From Geminicoccaceae bacterium (GTDB taxonomy: Bacteria; Pseudomonadota; Alphaproteobacteria; Geminicoccales; Geminicoccaceae): DNA of 64,000 nucleotides. Shown piece after piece: positions 9,907 through 18,813 of this stretch. Positions within the stretch are counted from its first letter, which is position 1; each line of letters opens with the position of its first letter. The notes below the pieces were generated by a model. That model saw nothing but the letters and a program-made list of their open reading frames with translations, was not told the DNA's origin and did not search any database. The stretch is taken from positions 1,561-65,560 of the forward strand of contig JANXAZ010000015.1 of the NCBI GenBank assembly GCA_025062095.1, read 5' to 3'. The translations under genes were made by a program, and so were the position numbers.

Positions 9907-11229
9907 TCAGCCTTCGCGGAACGCGGTATCGGCCCAACGCCACAGCCGATCGGTGAGATAGGAGAGGATCGTGCGTTCGCCCACGCGCAGCTCGACGTCC
10001 ACGAGCATGCCGGGCTGCAGCGCGAATTCGCCCGGACGGCTCCCGAGCTCTTGGCGATCGACCACGAGCGTCACGACGTAACTCGCGCTCTGCCCGCCGG
10101 GCTCGGGCGTGGCGTCCGCGGCCACCGTCTCGACCCGAGCGTCGAGCGTGCCGAATCGCAGATAATCGAAACTGCGCACCTTCAAGCGCGCCGGCAGGCC
10201 GGGACGGACGCGGCCGATATCCTCGTTGGCGACGCGCGCCGCGACCACGAGCCCCTCCCCTTCCGGGACCAGACGCAGAATCGTCTCGTTCGCCCCGACC
10301 GATTGCCCGGGCCCGGTGGCCGCGAGGTCCTGGACGATGCCGTCGACGGGTGCGGTGACGAGCAAGGTGTCGAGCACGCCCACCTGGGCCAGGACCTGCT
10401 CGTAGAGTCGGTCGCGTTCGGCCGTCACGCGCTGCAGTTCGGCCAAGACCTCGCTGCGCCATTCCTCCTCGAGCGCCCAACGCTTGGCTTCTGCTTCGGC
10501 GAGCGCGTTGCGCGCGGCGGCGAGCGCGGCTTCCGCTTTCGCCCGCTCCGCTTCGGCCTCCTTCACCTGGCGCTCGACCTGGACCTGCTTGAGCTTGGGG
10601 TACAACCCGCGATCGGTGAGCTCGTTCACCGCCGCGAGCTGCTGCTGCAAGAGCACGAGGCTGTTCTTGATCCGCGCTTCTTCCGCGGCCGCGCTTCGGA
10701 CCTCGGCCGATCGGGTCTCCACCGCCCGCTCCGCCGCCGCCCGCCGCGCGCCGAGCGCGGCGGCGCGGCTCTCCATGAGCCGGGTCTGCGCCTCGAGGAG
10801 ATCGGGGCGCTCGCGCGCGAGCTCGGGATCGACGCGGATCGGTCCTCCGTGCGCCTCCGCCCACAGCCGCGCCGATTCCACCGCCTTGACCTGCCAACGG
10901 CCGAGGAGCTCGGCGTAAGCGCCGAGCTCGACCGGGCCTTCGAGGCGCAGAAGCGGCGCCCCGGCGGCGACCCGATCACCGTTCCCGACGTAGATTTCGG
11001 CGATCCGCCCGCCGCGCGGGTGATTGACGAGCTTGACCTTGCCCGCGGGTTCGAGCCGACCCACCGCTTGGACGACTTCTTCGACGCGCGCGGTCGCGGC
11101 CCACAGCACGATCGCCGCGATCAGCGCAGCGACGGCGAAGAGGACCGCTCCCGCCCAAGGCGAAGGCCGGCTCTCGAGGAGCGAGCGCGCGTCGTGGAAA
11201 AGACCGGCATCGTCGAGCGTGCGCGCCAC
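9907..11229 (-). CDS. HlyD-family type I secretion periplasmic adaptor
   Basis: 440 aa with a single N-terminal TM helix (AVLFAVAALIAAIVLWA). It has a long coiled-coil middle region and a C-terminal beta-barrel/lipoyl-type segment. It starts 6 nt after the ABC gene stop. Confidence 0.85.
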   Translation of the reverse strand: MARTLDDAGLFHDARSLLESRPSPWAGAVLFAVAALIAAIVLWAATARVEEVVQAVGRLEPAGKVKLVNHPRGGRIAEIYVGNGDRVAAGAPLLRLEGPVELGAYAELLGRWQVKAVESARLWAEAHGGPIRVDPELARERPDLLEAQTRLMESRAAALGARRAAAERAVETRSAEVRSAAAEEARIKNSLVLLQQQLAAVNELTDRGLYPKLKQVQVERQVKEAEAERAKAEAALAAARNALAEAEAKRWALEEEWRSEVLAELQRVTAERDRLYEQVLAQVGVLDTLLVTAPVDGIVQDLAATGPGQSVGANETILRLVPEGEGLVVAARVANEDIGRVRPGLPARLKVRSFDYLRFGTLDARVETVAADATPEPGGQSASYVVTLVVDRQELGSRPGEFALQPGMLVDVELRVGERTILSYLTDRLWRWADTAFREG

Positions 11230-11235
11230 GGGTCC

Positions 11236-13395
11236 TCATCCCGAGCTGCGACGGCCCGGTGCCGGCGGTTCGGCGCCGGTGATGCGGGCGCGGATCTCCG
11301 CGGGCGTACCCTCGGCGACGATCCGCCCCTGATCGAGGAGCAAGGCCCGATCGCAGGCTTCGAGCACGGCCAGGCGATGGGTGACGAAAAGGATCGTGCG
11401 CCCGCTGCCCGCGCGCTTGAGATTGGCGAGGAGCTGCGCTTCGGCTGCCGCGTCGAGCGCGCTCGTCGCCTCGTCCAGGAGCAGGATCCGGGGATTGCGC
11501 AACAGCGCGCGCGCGAGCGCGACGAGCTGGCGTTGGCCCGCCGAGAGGCCCTGCCCGCGCTCGCCCAACGGCGTATCGTAACCTTGCGGCAAGCGCTGGA
11601 CGAGATCGTGCAGGCCCACGAACTTGGCCGCGGCGACGATCCGTGCGAACGACCGGTCGGCCGCACCGAGGGCGATGTTCTCGGCCACCGTGCCGGCGAA
11701 GAGTTCGATCTCCTGCGGAACGAAGCCGATCCGCGCGCGCAGCTCGACGGGCGAGAGGGTCCGGATGTCGTGTTCGTCCACGAGCACGCGACCCGCCTGG
11801 GGCTGTTCGAGCCCGAGGATCACCTTGAGAAGCGTACTCTTGCCGGAGCCGGGCGGACCCACGATCGCGAGCATGGTCCCCGGCCGCACTTCGAGCGTGA
11901 CATCGGCGAGCGCGGGCGGACGATCCTCGACGTAAGAGAAGCGCACCCCTTCGAGCCGGATACGACCCTCGAGTGCGGGAAGCGGGGCTCGGGACCCGGG
12001 GCGGGCCTCGGGGGCTTCCGCGAGGCCGGCGGAAAGCCGCGTCCAAGCGGTGCGCGCTTGGGCGAGCTGATGCCAGGCGGAGAACAGCTGGCGCACGGGA
12101 GCGATCGTGCGGGCCGACAGGATCGAGCCGGCGACCAGGGCCCCGATCGAGAGCTCGCCGCCTACGATCGCCCGCGCGCCCACGTAGACGAGCACGAGCG
12201 CCGTGGCGTGCTGGAGCCCCTGGCCGAGGGCGCCCGTCACCCCGGCGAGCGACGCGCTCTTGAACTGGCTCCAGGCGCTCGCCACCAGGCGTCGCTCGAA
12301 ACGCCGCTCGATCTCGGGCTCGAGCGCCAGCGCCTTGACCGTCAGCGCCTGGCCGAAGGCCTCGGCGAGGCAGGCGCTCTTGGCGAGCGCCCAACGACCG
12401 GCGGCGCGCGCGGCGCGCTGCTGTGGCCCGTGGGCGAGAGCCGAGAGCAGCACGAACAGGGGCAAAACGGCCAGCGTGATCCAGCCGAGAAGCGGGGCGA
12501 TGACGAAAAGCGCGGCCAAGAACAGGCCCACGAAGGCCAGATCGACGAGCAGGAGGGGCAGCTGTCCGACCACGAAGCCGCGCAGGAGTTCGAGTTCCCG
12601 CAGCCGCTCGGCGATCTCCCCGCCGCCGACCGCGACCAGTCGCCGGTAGGGCAAGGCGAGCAGACGGTGGACCACCTCGCCGCCCAGAGCGACGTCCAGC
12701 CGCGCTCCCGTGTGGCTCGCCACGTGCGCGCGCAAGGCGCGGAGGACGAGCTCGAAGACCAAGAAGGTGGCCATGCCGATCGCCAGGGCGTCGAGCGTGG
12801 CGAGAGCGGCCTGCCCGATGACCTTGTTGTAGACGGTCATCACGAAAAGAGGCGTGGCGAGCGCGAGGATATTGAGGACCACCGAGGCCAGCACGACTTC
12901 GGCGAACGCCGAGCCCAGCCGCGCGAGGATCGCGCGCGGTTCGAGGAGGCCGCCGCGCGCCGCCGGTGCGACATCGGCGCGGATCAGGAGCGCATGACGG
13001 ACCCAGGCGAGAAGGCTCTTCGGGGTGGACGCCACCGTCTCGCCCGAAAGCGGATCGACCACCACGCAGTGCTGCCCCGTGCGGCCCCGCAGGATCCGCA
13101 CCGCCTGCGGCTCGGCGCCGAGCAGAAGACACGGTGCGGGAAGGCGGGCGAGACCGCGGCGACCGCGCACGCGCTGCAGCTGCGCCGTCATCCCCAGCCG
13201 GGTCGCGAGGCGGACGAGCTCTTCCGGTTCCGCGCGTTCCTCGATCGCGGGCCAAGCGGCCGAAAGTTCGCGCTCGACCACCGGTCGATCGAGCATCGCC
13301 AACAGCCGAGCGAACCCCACCAGCCGTGCCGACGGTCCGTCGGACGCCCCCCCGGCCGGCTCCGTGCGCTTCCCCTCGACCTCCTCGGCCCGCAT
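11236..13395 (-). CDS. type I secretion ABC transporter (HlyB-type, N-terminal C39-like domain + 6-TM + NBD)
   Basis: 719 aa. Walker A GPPGSGKST, ABC signature LSAGQRQ, Walker B ILLLDEATSALD. An N-terminal extension of about 150 aa precedes the TM domain. Confidence 0.9.
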   Translation of the reverse strand: MRAEEVEGKRTEPAGGASDGPSARLVGFARLLAMLDRPVVERELSAAWPAIEERAEPEELVRLATRLGMTAQLQRVRGRRGLARLPAPCLLLGAEPQAVRILRGRTGQHCVVVDPLSGETVASTPKSLLAWVRHALLIRADVAPAARGGLLEPRAILARLGSAFAEVVLASVVLNILALATPLFVMTVYNKVIGQAALATLDALAIGMATFLVFELVLRALRAHVASHTGARLDVALGGEVVHRLLALPYRRLVAVGGGEIAERLRELELLRGFVVGQLPLLLVDLAFVGLFLAALFVIAPLLGWITLAVLPLFVLLSALAHGPQQRAARAAGRWALAKSACLAEAFGQALTVKALALEPEIERRFERRLVASAWSQFKSASLAGVTGALGQGLQHATALVLVYVGARAIVGGELSIGALVAGSILSARTIAPVRQLFSAWHQLAQARTAWTRLSAGLAEAPEARPGSRAPLPALEGRIRLEGVRFSYVEDRPPALADVTLEVRPGTMLAIVGPPGSGKSTLLKVILGLEQPQAGRVLVDEHDIRTLSPVELRARIGFVPQEIELFAGTVAENIALGAADRSFARIVAAAKFVGLHDLVQRLPQGYDTPLGERGQGLSAGQRQLVALARALLRNPRILLLDEATSALDAAAEAQLLANLKRAGSGRTILFVTHRLAVLEACDRALLLDQGRIVAEGTPAEIRARITGAEPPAPGRRSSG

Positions 13396-13481
13396 GTCGC
13401 CCTCCCGGGCTCGGTCGCTATCTCCTTCTAGTTGTTTTTTCCTCCGTATTCAACAACCGCGACGGCAGAGCAGCGGCGGCC

Positions 13482-14666
13482 TCAGTCGAGGGCGTAGGCG
13501 TGGAACTTGAGGTAGGCGCTCTCCGGCAAGGCCGGGTGCACGGGATGGTCGGGCCCCGCGAAGCCGCGGAACAAGAGGCGCGCTCCGCGCCCGGCGGCAC
13601 GGATCCCGGCGAACACCTCGCGCGCGAAGTCCTCCTCGCTCACCAGATGCGAGCAGGAGGCGATGCACAGGAAGCCGGCCTCGCCCACGAGCCCGGCGGC
13701 GAGCCGGGCGAGCTTGCGATAGCCGCGAAGACCCACCGCCAAGTCCTTCCTGCTCTTCACGAACGCGGGAGGATCGGCGACCACGAGACCGAACCGGCTC
13801 TTCTCGGCGGCGAGCTCCTCGCAGGCCTCGAACACCTCCTTGCGGAGAAAACCGCAGCGCTCGACGACGCCTTGTCTGCGGGCGCTTTCGCGCGCGAGGG
13901 CGAGCGCTCCTTCCGCGCGGTCGACGAGAAGCGCCTCGCGGGCGCCGCGCGCGAGGGCGAGAAGGCCGAACCCGCCTCCGTAAGAATAGAGATCGAGCAC
14001 TCTCTGTCCCCGGCCGAGCCCGGCGGCGAAGGCGCGGTTGGAGCGTTGGTCGTAGAACCAGCCCGTCTTCTGACCCTTGAGCACGTCGGCCGCGAAGACG
14101 ATCCCATTCTCCTCGAGCTCGATCGTCGCCGGAACGGTTCCTTTGGCTACGCGCACCTCTTCGGGGAGTCCCTCGAGCGCCCGGATGGCGCTGTCGTTCC
14201 GCAACACCACCGCGGCGGGTGCGAGCACCTGCTCGAGCGCTTCGAGCAACAGGCTCTCCATCTTCTGCATCCCGATCGTGTTGATCTGGAGTACGAGGAC
14301 GTCCCCGTACCGATCGACGATCACGCCGGGAAATCCGTCGGCTTCGGCGTGCACGAGGCGGTAGAAGGGACGCTCGAAGAGCCGGCTGCGCAAGGCGAGA
14401 GCGCGCTCGAGACGGCGGACGAAGAAACGGGCGTCGATGACCGCCTCGGTATTGCGGGTGAGCACGCGGGCGCAGATCAAAGAATGCGGGTTGAACTGGG
14501 CGAGCGCCATCGCCTTGCCGTCGTGGCTCACGAGACGGACGAGCGAACCCGGCTCGAGCGCCTTGGCGGTCTTGTCCATCTGCACTTCGTTCGAGAACAG
14601 CCACGGCCCGCCGCCGCGCAGGCGTCGGTCGTGGCCGGGGAGGATACGGATCACGGGATAGCTCAT
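13482..14666 (-). CDS. rlmI: PUA-domain class I SAM-dependent rRNA methyltransferase (RlmI-like)
   Basis: 394 aa. The N-terminus (RLRGGGPWLFSNEV) is like the RlmI PUA/EEHEE region. The C-terminal Rossmann methyltransferase includes VLDLYSYGGGFG and DPPAF. Confidence 0.8.
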   Translation of the reverse strand: MSYPVIRILPGHDRRLRGGGPWLFSNEVQMDKTAKALEPGSLVRLVSHDGKAMALAQFNPHSLICARVLTRNTEAVIDARFFVRRLERALALRSRLFERPFYRLVHAEADGFPGVIVDRYGDVLVLQINTIGMQKMESLLLEALEQVLAPAAVVLRNDSAIRALEGLPEEVRVAKGTVPATIELEENGIVFAADVLKGQKTGWFYDQRSNRAFAAGLGRGQRVLDLYSYGGGFGLLALARGAREALLVDRAEGALALARESARRQGVVERCGFLRKEVFEACEELAAEKSRFGLVVADPPAFVKSRKDLAVGLRGYRKLARLAAGLVGEAGFLCIASCSHLVSEEDFAREVFAGIRAAGRGARLLFRGFAGPDHPVHPALPESAYLKFHAYALD

Positions 14667-14961
14667 CGGGCTCGGGAACTCCGGAGAACGTTTCGGCGCT
14701 CAGCCGGCTCGCGCGTCGCGGTCGCCCCTCATGCACCAGGGGGAGCGAACGGTGCAACCGCATCGCGGCGCCGCGCCCTCCCGACCCGATGGTCCGGCTC
14801 CGGCGTCACCCGTTCTCTTCGTGCGCACCGAGCTCGGGCTTTCGCGCTCGGCTCGGTGGCGCCTCCGCGCGACCGGGCGCCGCACCCCGCGGCCGCACAG
14901 CGGCTTTCGCTTCCCTCCGCCCGATATCCGCCGCTCCGGACCGGCGTGGTTGGAGCAGACC

Positions 14962-15204
14962 ATGGAACGATGCGGGCGGGCCGGACCGAACGCGACGCTC
15001 GGTTCTCCGGCCGCGAGCTTCGAGTTGCTGGAACACGAGCTCAGAACGCCTCTGACGGCGATCCGAGCGATCGCCGAGATCCTGAAAGAAGACAGCGACC
15101 TGACCGCCGCCGAGCGCGAAGCGCTGTTGGACGCCTTGTTGGTCGAACAAGCGCGGCTCGCCCGGACCTTGGAGACGCTGCTCGATGCGCTGGCGCGCCG
15201 GTGA
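14962..15204 (+). CDS. stand-alone HisKA (DHp) domain protein, 80 aa
   Basis: Canonical H-box FELLEHELRTPLTAIRAIAEIL followed by a second helix. The ORF stops at 15204, and the next gene is convergent. No sensor or ATPase domain is present in any frame nearby. Confidence 0.5.
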   Translation: MERCGRAGPNATLGSPAASFELLEHELRTPLTAIRAIAEILKEDSDLTAAEREALLDALLVEQARLARTLETLLDALARR

Positions 15205-15218
15205 AGACCGGCGAGTGT

Positions 15219-16040
15219 TCAGGTGCAGCCTTCCGGCCAGGCTTGGGAGAGCCGGCCGCCCAGGCGGACGGGGGCGATCCGACGGGCGAGCCCCGTGCCT
15301 TCGTCGGTCTCCAGGAACACGGCGCACAGGGTCGCCTCGCCCGAGGCGGGTTCGAGCCTCTTGCTCGGCAGGTCGCTGCGCCAGCGGCGGATCGAGCCCT
15401 CCTTGTCCATCCCGATCACGCTGTCGTAGTCGCCGGTCATGCCCACGTCCGAGACATAGGCGGTACCGCGCGGAAGGATCTGGGCATCGGCGGTGGGCAC
15501 GTGGGTGTGCGTCCCGGCGACGAGCGAGACCCGTCCGTCGAGAAAATGCGCGAGCGCCATCTTCTCGCTCGTCGCTTCGGCGTGCACGTCGACGAGGATG
15601 GCGTCGACCGTCCCACCGAGGCGGTGGCGGGCGAGCTCCTGCTCGAGCGCGCGGAACGGGTCGTCGTAGAGACCCATGAAGAGCCGGCCCATCACCTGCA
15701 GGACGAGGAGCCGCTTGCCGCGCGCGGTGCGCACTTCCGCGGCGCCGCGTCCGGGTGTGCCGGGGGCCATGTTGAGCGGCCGCAGAAGGCGCGGCTCGCG
15801 TTCCAATTCGCCGATGATCTCTTTCTGGTCGAACACGTGGTTGCCGGTGGTCACGAGATCCACCCCGGCGGCGAAGAGTTCGGCCAGGATCGCCGGGGTG
15901 ACGCCGTAGCCTCCGGCGGCGTTCTCGGCGTTGACGACGAGAGCATCGAGCGCGAGCCGGCGTTTGAGTTCGGCCGCGCGCGTCAGAAGCGCCGTGCGCC
16001 CCGAGCGCCCGACGAGATCGCCCACGAAGAGGATCCGCAA
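15219..16040 (-). CDS. YmdB-like metallophosphoesterase (2',3'-cyclic-nucleotide phosphodiesterase family)
   Basis: MRILFVGDLVGRSGR ... NAENAAGGYG ... TTGNHVFD ... DVHAEATSEK ... GTHTHVPTAD. This is the typical YmdB/TIGR00282 pattern. Confidence 0.85.
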   Translation of the reverse strand: MRILFVGDLVGRSGRTALLTRAAELKRRLALDALVVNAENAAGGYGVTPAILAELFAAGVDLVTTGNHVFDQKEIIGELEREPRLLRPLNMAPGTPGRGAAEVRTARGKRLLVLQVMGRLFMGLYDDPFRALEQELARHRLGGTVDAILVDVHAEATSEKMALAHFLDGRVSLVAGTHTHVPTADAQILPRGTAYVSDVGMTGDYDSVIGMDKEGSIRRWRSDLPSKRLEPASGEATLCAVFLETDEGTGLARRIAPVRLGGRLSQAWPEGCT

Positions 16041-16065
16041 CCCCCGCTCCCTCGCTTCTCGCCCC

Positions 16066-16707
16066 TCAGTCGGGCCGAGCCCGGTTGCACAGGATCGTCT
16101 CGCGTTCGGTGACGATCCATTCGAGAAGCGCGTCCCGCGGTCCCACGGGCACGCTCGGAACTTCCTGGAACGCGAAGGCGTAGCCCACGAGCCGCGGCGC
16201 GTGGCCCCGGGCCCTCATCGCGCTCACGGTGCGGTCGTAGAAGCCCGCGCCGTATCCGAGCCGCCCGCCTCGACGATCGAAGGCCAGAAGCGGCAGGACG
16301 AGGATGGCGGGCTCGCGGCGGGGGGCGTCGGCGAGCGGTTCGAAGACGCCGAAAGGACCGCGCAGCAGTGGATCGCCGGGACGGAAGAGATGGAACGACA
16401 GCGCTCCGCTGCGCCCGGCCTGACGCGGCAAGAGCAGCTCGCGGTCGGTCGCGAGCACGGCGCGCATGGCCGGGGCGGTGTCGATTTCTTCGGGCAGGGC
16501 GTGAAAGAGGGCGACCGGACCGGGCGGCAGGTCGGCGAGCAACGCCCCGAGCCTGAGAGCCGCGGCCTCGCCCGCGCGCGCCCGCTCGTCGGGTCCGCGC
16601 GCTCGGCGCAGCGCCCGCATCCGGGCGCGCAACGCCGACTTGGCCTCGCGCAAGGAGGGCTCGCCTCGTGCCTCGCTCAGGGAAAGGACCTCGGTACCTC
16701 GCCGCAA
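16066..16707 (-). CDS. 5-formyltetrahydrofolate cyclo-ligase
   Basis: KSALRARMRALR N-terminus, LLLPR, and C-terminal GYGAGFYDR. The TTG at 16707 abuts the predicted 6S RNA, so an in-frame TTG at 16653 may be the true start. Confidence 0.8.
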   Translation of the reverse strand: MRRGTEVLSLSEARGEPSLREAKSALRARMRALRRARGPDERARAGEAAALRLGALLADLPPGPVALFHALPEEIDTAPAMRAVLATDRELLLPRQAGRSGALSFHLFRPGDPLLRGPFGVFEPLADAPRREPAILVLPLLAFDRRGGRLGYGAGFYDRTVSAMRARGHAPRLVGYAFAFQEVPSVPVGPRDALLEWIVTERETILCNRARPD

Positions 16708-16709
16708 GG

Positions 16710-16882
16710 AACGCGGCGGCGCCGCCCTGGCCGTCTCGCGCTACGCTCGTCCCGAGTCACACTACCAGGTGGGCGCCATATGCCGTGGCCACGACCACGA
16801 CAGGGACAGCTCCCTCGGGAACGAACTAGGCCCGGGCGAAGTCCAGCGCTGCTCGAACCGGGCAGCAACCGCCGCCTCGCTA
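16710..16882 (-). ncRNA. ssrS: probable 6S RNA
   Basis: A 176-nt gap lies exactly between zapA and the 5-formyl-THF cyclo-ligase gene, the conserved proteobacterial position of ssrS. On the minus strand the ends pair in a long imperfect closing helix (5' GGCGGCGGUUGCUGCCC with 3' GGGCGGCGCCGCC). An inner helix pairs UCCCGAG with CUCGGGA around a large internal region. Ends are approximate. Confidence 0.55.
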
Positions 16883-16883
16883 C

Positions 16884-17213
16884 TTAGGTCTGCGCCACCG
16901 CCCGGGCAAGCTCGTCCAGCCGCGCGGCCACCCGCTCGAGCACCTTGGCGGCATCGGCCTCGCCGGCGCGCGCCTCCTGCGCCAAGCGGCCGCGCAACTG
17001 TTGGATCTCGTCGTAGGCGTCGAAGAGCTCGTCGGCGACGAGGAGCGCGACGAGGAGGAGAAGCCGCCCCTCGCCCAGTTGCGGCGTGGCGCGGGCGAGT
17101 TCGCTCGCCTTGCCGTCCACGTACGCGGCCAGACGCTTGAGGCGACCTTCCTGGCCCTCGTCGCATTGCACGAGATAGCGCCGGTTGGCGACGGTGATTT
17201 CGAGCGTAGGCAC
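16884..17213 (-). CDS. zapA: cell division protein ZapA
   Basis: VPTLEITVANRRYLVQCDEGQEGRLKRLAAYVDGK ... followed by a coiled-coil C-terminus. GTG start with GGAAGGACGAGG upstream, inside the longer spurious 16884..17690 ORF. Confidence 0.8.
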   Translation of the reverse strand: MPTLEITVANRRYLVQCDEGQEGRLKRLAAYVDGKASELARATPQLGEGRLLLLVALLVADELFDAYDEIQQLRGRLAQEARAGEADAAKVLERVAARLDELARAVAQT

Positions 17214-17230
17214 CTCGTCCTTCCCCGCGG

Positions 17231-17524
17231 TCAACTGCGCAAGAGCTCGTCGAGCTCCTCGATGAGCGGGCCCAGGCGACGCTCGGCTTCGCCTATCGTC
17301 TCGCGAAGGCGCCGCGCGTGCTCGCCGAGGGCCTCGAGTTCCCGCCGCAAGCGGTCGCATTCCGCGCGCAAGAACTCGCAATCGCGCTCGAGGCTCGCCC
17401 GTTCGGCCTCGAGCCGGCGCACCTCGGCTTCGAGCCGTTCGGGGGTCGGGCGCAGGACCAGCGCCGCCTCGAGCCGCGCGAGGGCTTCGCCGACCCGGCG
17501 CTCGGCCGCCTCGAGCGTTGACAT
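17231..17524 (-). CDS. coiled-coil protein upstream of zapA (DUF4164-like by position and composition)
   Basis: 97 aa, almost entirely heptad-like E/R/L/A-rich helix. High GC3. Lies 17 nt upstream of zapA. Confidence 0.6.
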   Translation of the reverse strand: MSTLEAAERRVGEALARLEAALVLRPTPERLEAEVRRLEAERASLERDCEFLRAECDRLRRELEALGEHARRLRETIGEAERRLGPLIEELDELLRS

Positions 17525-17725
17525 CCGATCGCCGCTTTCCCCTCCAGGCCGTTGAAGTCACGATCCTTTCGCACGTCGTGCCGCATCCCGTCAACCGCCC
17601 GCGGGGGTGCGGCAATTCCCCGTTTGCTTTCGCCGCCTCCGCCGCCACCTTCTTCGCGCGATTTCGTGCCGCGCGCCCGAAGAGCGGCACGGCGAGCGAA
17701 AACCGAAGAGGGGAGAGAGAAGACC

Positions 17726-18730
17726 ATGACCGTGCGAGCAGCGATCAACGGATTCGGCCGGATCGGCCGCCTCGTGCTCCGTGCCATCGCCGAGACCGGC
17801 CGTCGCGACGTCACGGTCGTGGCGATCAACGACCTCGCCCCGCCGGCCACGAACGCGCATCTGTTCCGCTACGACAGCGTCCACGGCCGCTTCCCGGGCA
17901 AGGTGACGCTCGAAGGCGACGTGATGGACGTCGGCACCGGTCCCATCAAGGTCCTCAACGAACGCGACATCGCTAAACTGCCCTGGGGCGATCTCGGCGT
18001 CGACGTGGTGATGGAGTGCACCGGCGTCTTCACGAGCAAAGACAAGGCTTCCGCGCATCTGGCTGCCGGCGCCAAGAAAGTCTTGATCTCGGCCCCGGCC
18101 GACGGAGCCGACGTCACCGTCGTCTTCGGCGTCAACCAGCACATGCTGCGGCCCGAGCACAAGGTGGTGAGCAACGCCTCCTGCACCACCAACTGTCTCG
18201 CCCCGCTCGCCAAGGTGCTCCACGAGGGCATCGGCATCCGGCGCGGACACATGACCACCGTCCACGCTTTCACCAACGACCAGAACCTGTTGGACGTCTT
18301 CCACAAAGACCTCTATCGCGCGCGCGCGGCCACCTCCTCGATCATCCCCACCTCCACGGGCGCCGCTCGCGCCGTGGGGCTCGTCTTGCCCGAACTCAAA
18401 GGCAAGCTCGACGGCGTGGCGATGCGCGTACCGACCCAGAACGTGAGCCTCGTCGATCTCACCTTCGTACCCGAGCGCAAAACCACGGTCGAAGAGGTCA
18501 ACACGCTGCTCGAGGAGGCGGCTCGGGGGGCGCTCGCCGGGATCCTCGCGGTCACGCGCGAGCCGCTGGTGTCGATCGACTTCAATCACTGCCCGGCGAG
18601 CTCGACCGTGGATCTCAACGCCACGAAGGTCATCGAGGGCGAGCTCGTCCGCGTCGCCGCCTGGTACGACAACGAGTGGGGCTTCTCGAACCGCATGGTG
18701 GACGTCGCGGCGCTTCTGGGAAGCCTCTGA
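17726..18730 (+). CDS. gap: glyceraldehyde-3-phosphate dehydrogenase
   Basis: [35 protein letters not shown] with GGGGAGAGAGAAG upstream. Confidence 0.95.
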   Translation: MTVRAAINGFGRIGRLVLRAIAETGRRDVTVVAINDLAPPATNAHLFRYDSVHGRFPGKVTLEGDVMDVGTGPIKVLNERDIAKLPWGDLGVDVVMECTGVFTSKDKASAHLAAGAKKVLISAPADGADVTVVFGVNQHMLRPEHKVVSNASCTTNCLAPLAKVLHEGIGIRRGHMTTVHAFTNDQNLLDVFHKDLYRARAATSSIIPTSTGAARAVGLVLPELKGKLDGVAMRVPTQNVSLVDLTFVPERKTTVEEVNTLLEEAARGALAGILAVTREPLVSIDFNHCPASSTVDLNATKVIEGELVRVAAWYDNEWGFSNRMVDVAALLGSL

Positions 18731-18759
18731 GCGCCTGCGCGTCGCGGCCGCACACCGAA

Positions 18760-18788
18760 CCGTCACGCGAGCGGAACCGGCTCGTCAC
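18760..18788 (+). promoter_or_regulatory. candidate Pho-box-like direct repeats upstream of the plcP-like gene
   Basis: CCGTCAC-gcga-GCGGAAC-cggc-TCGTCAC: three 7-mers at 11-nt phase. The outer two resemble the CTGTCAT half-site. They lie 26-54 nt upstream of the first ATG (18814). This is a weak match. Confidence 0.2.
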
Positions 18789-18813
18789 GACTCGCGCGTA
18801 ACCGCGCGCTCGG

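Noticed and set aside
10051-13431. 1126-aa ORF antisense to the T1SS genes. Similar giants occur elsewhere: 319-2685, 1889-4474, 25968-29867, 32756-36784, 36376-41349, 35282-39691 (5' part), 55416-59612 (5' part) and 57357-60926.
   Set aside because: All are Arg/Pro/Gly/Ala-rich low-complexity translations. They lie over genes whose other-frame products have clear family motifs. Long stop-free alternative frames are expected at about 70% GC.
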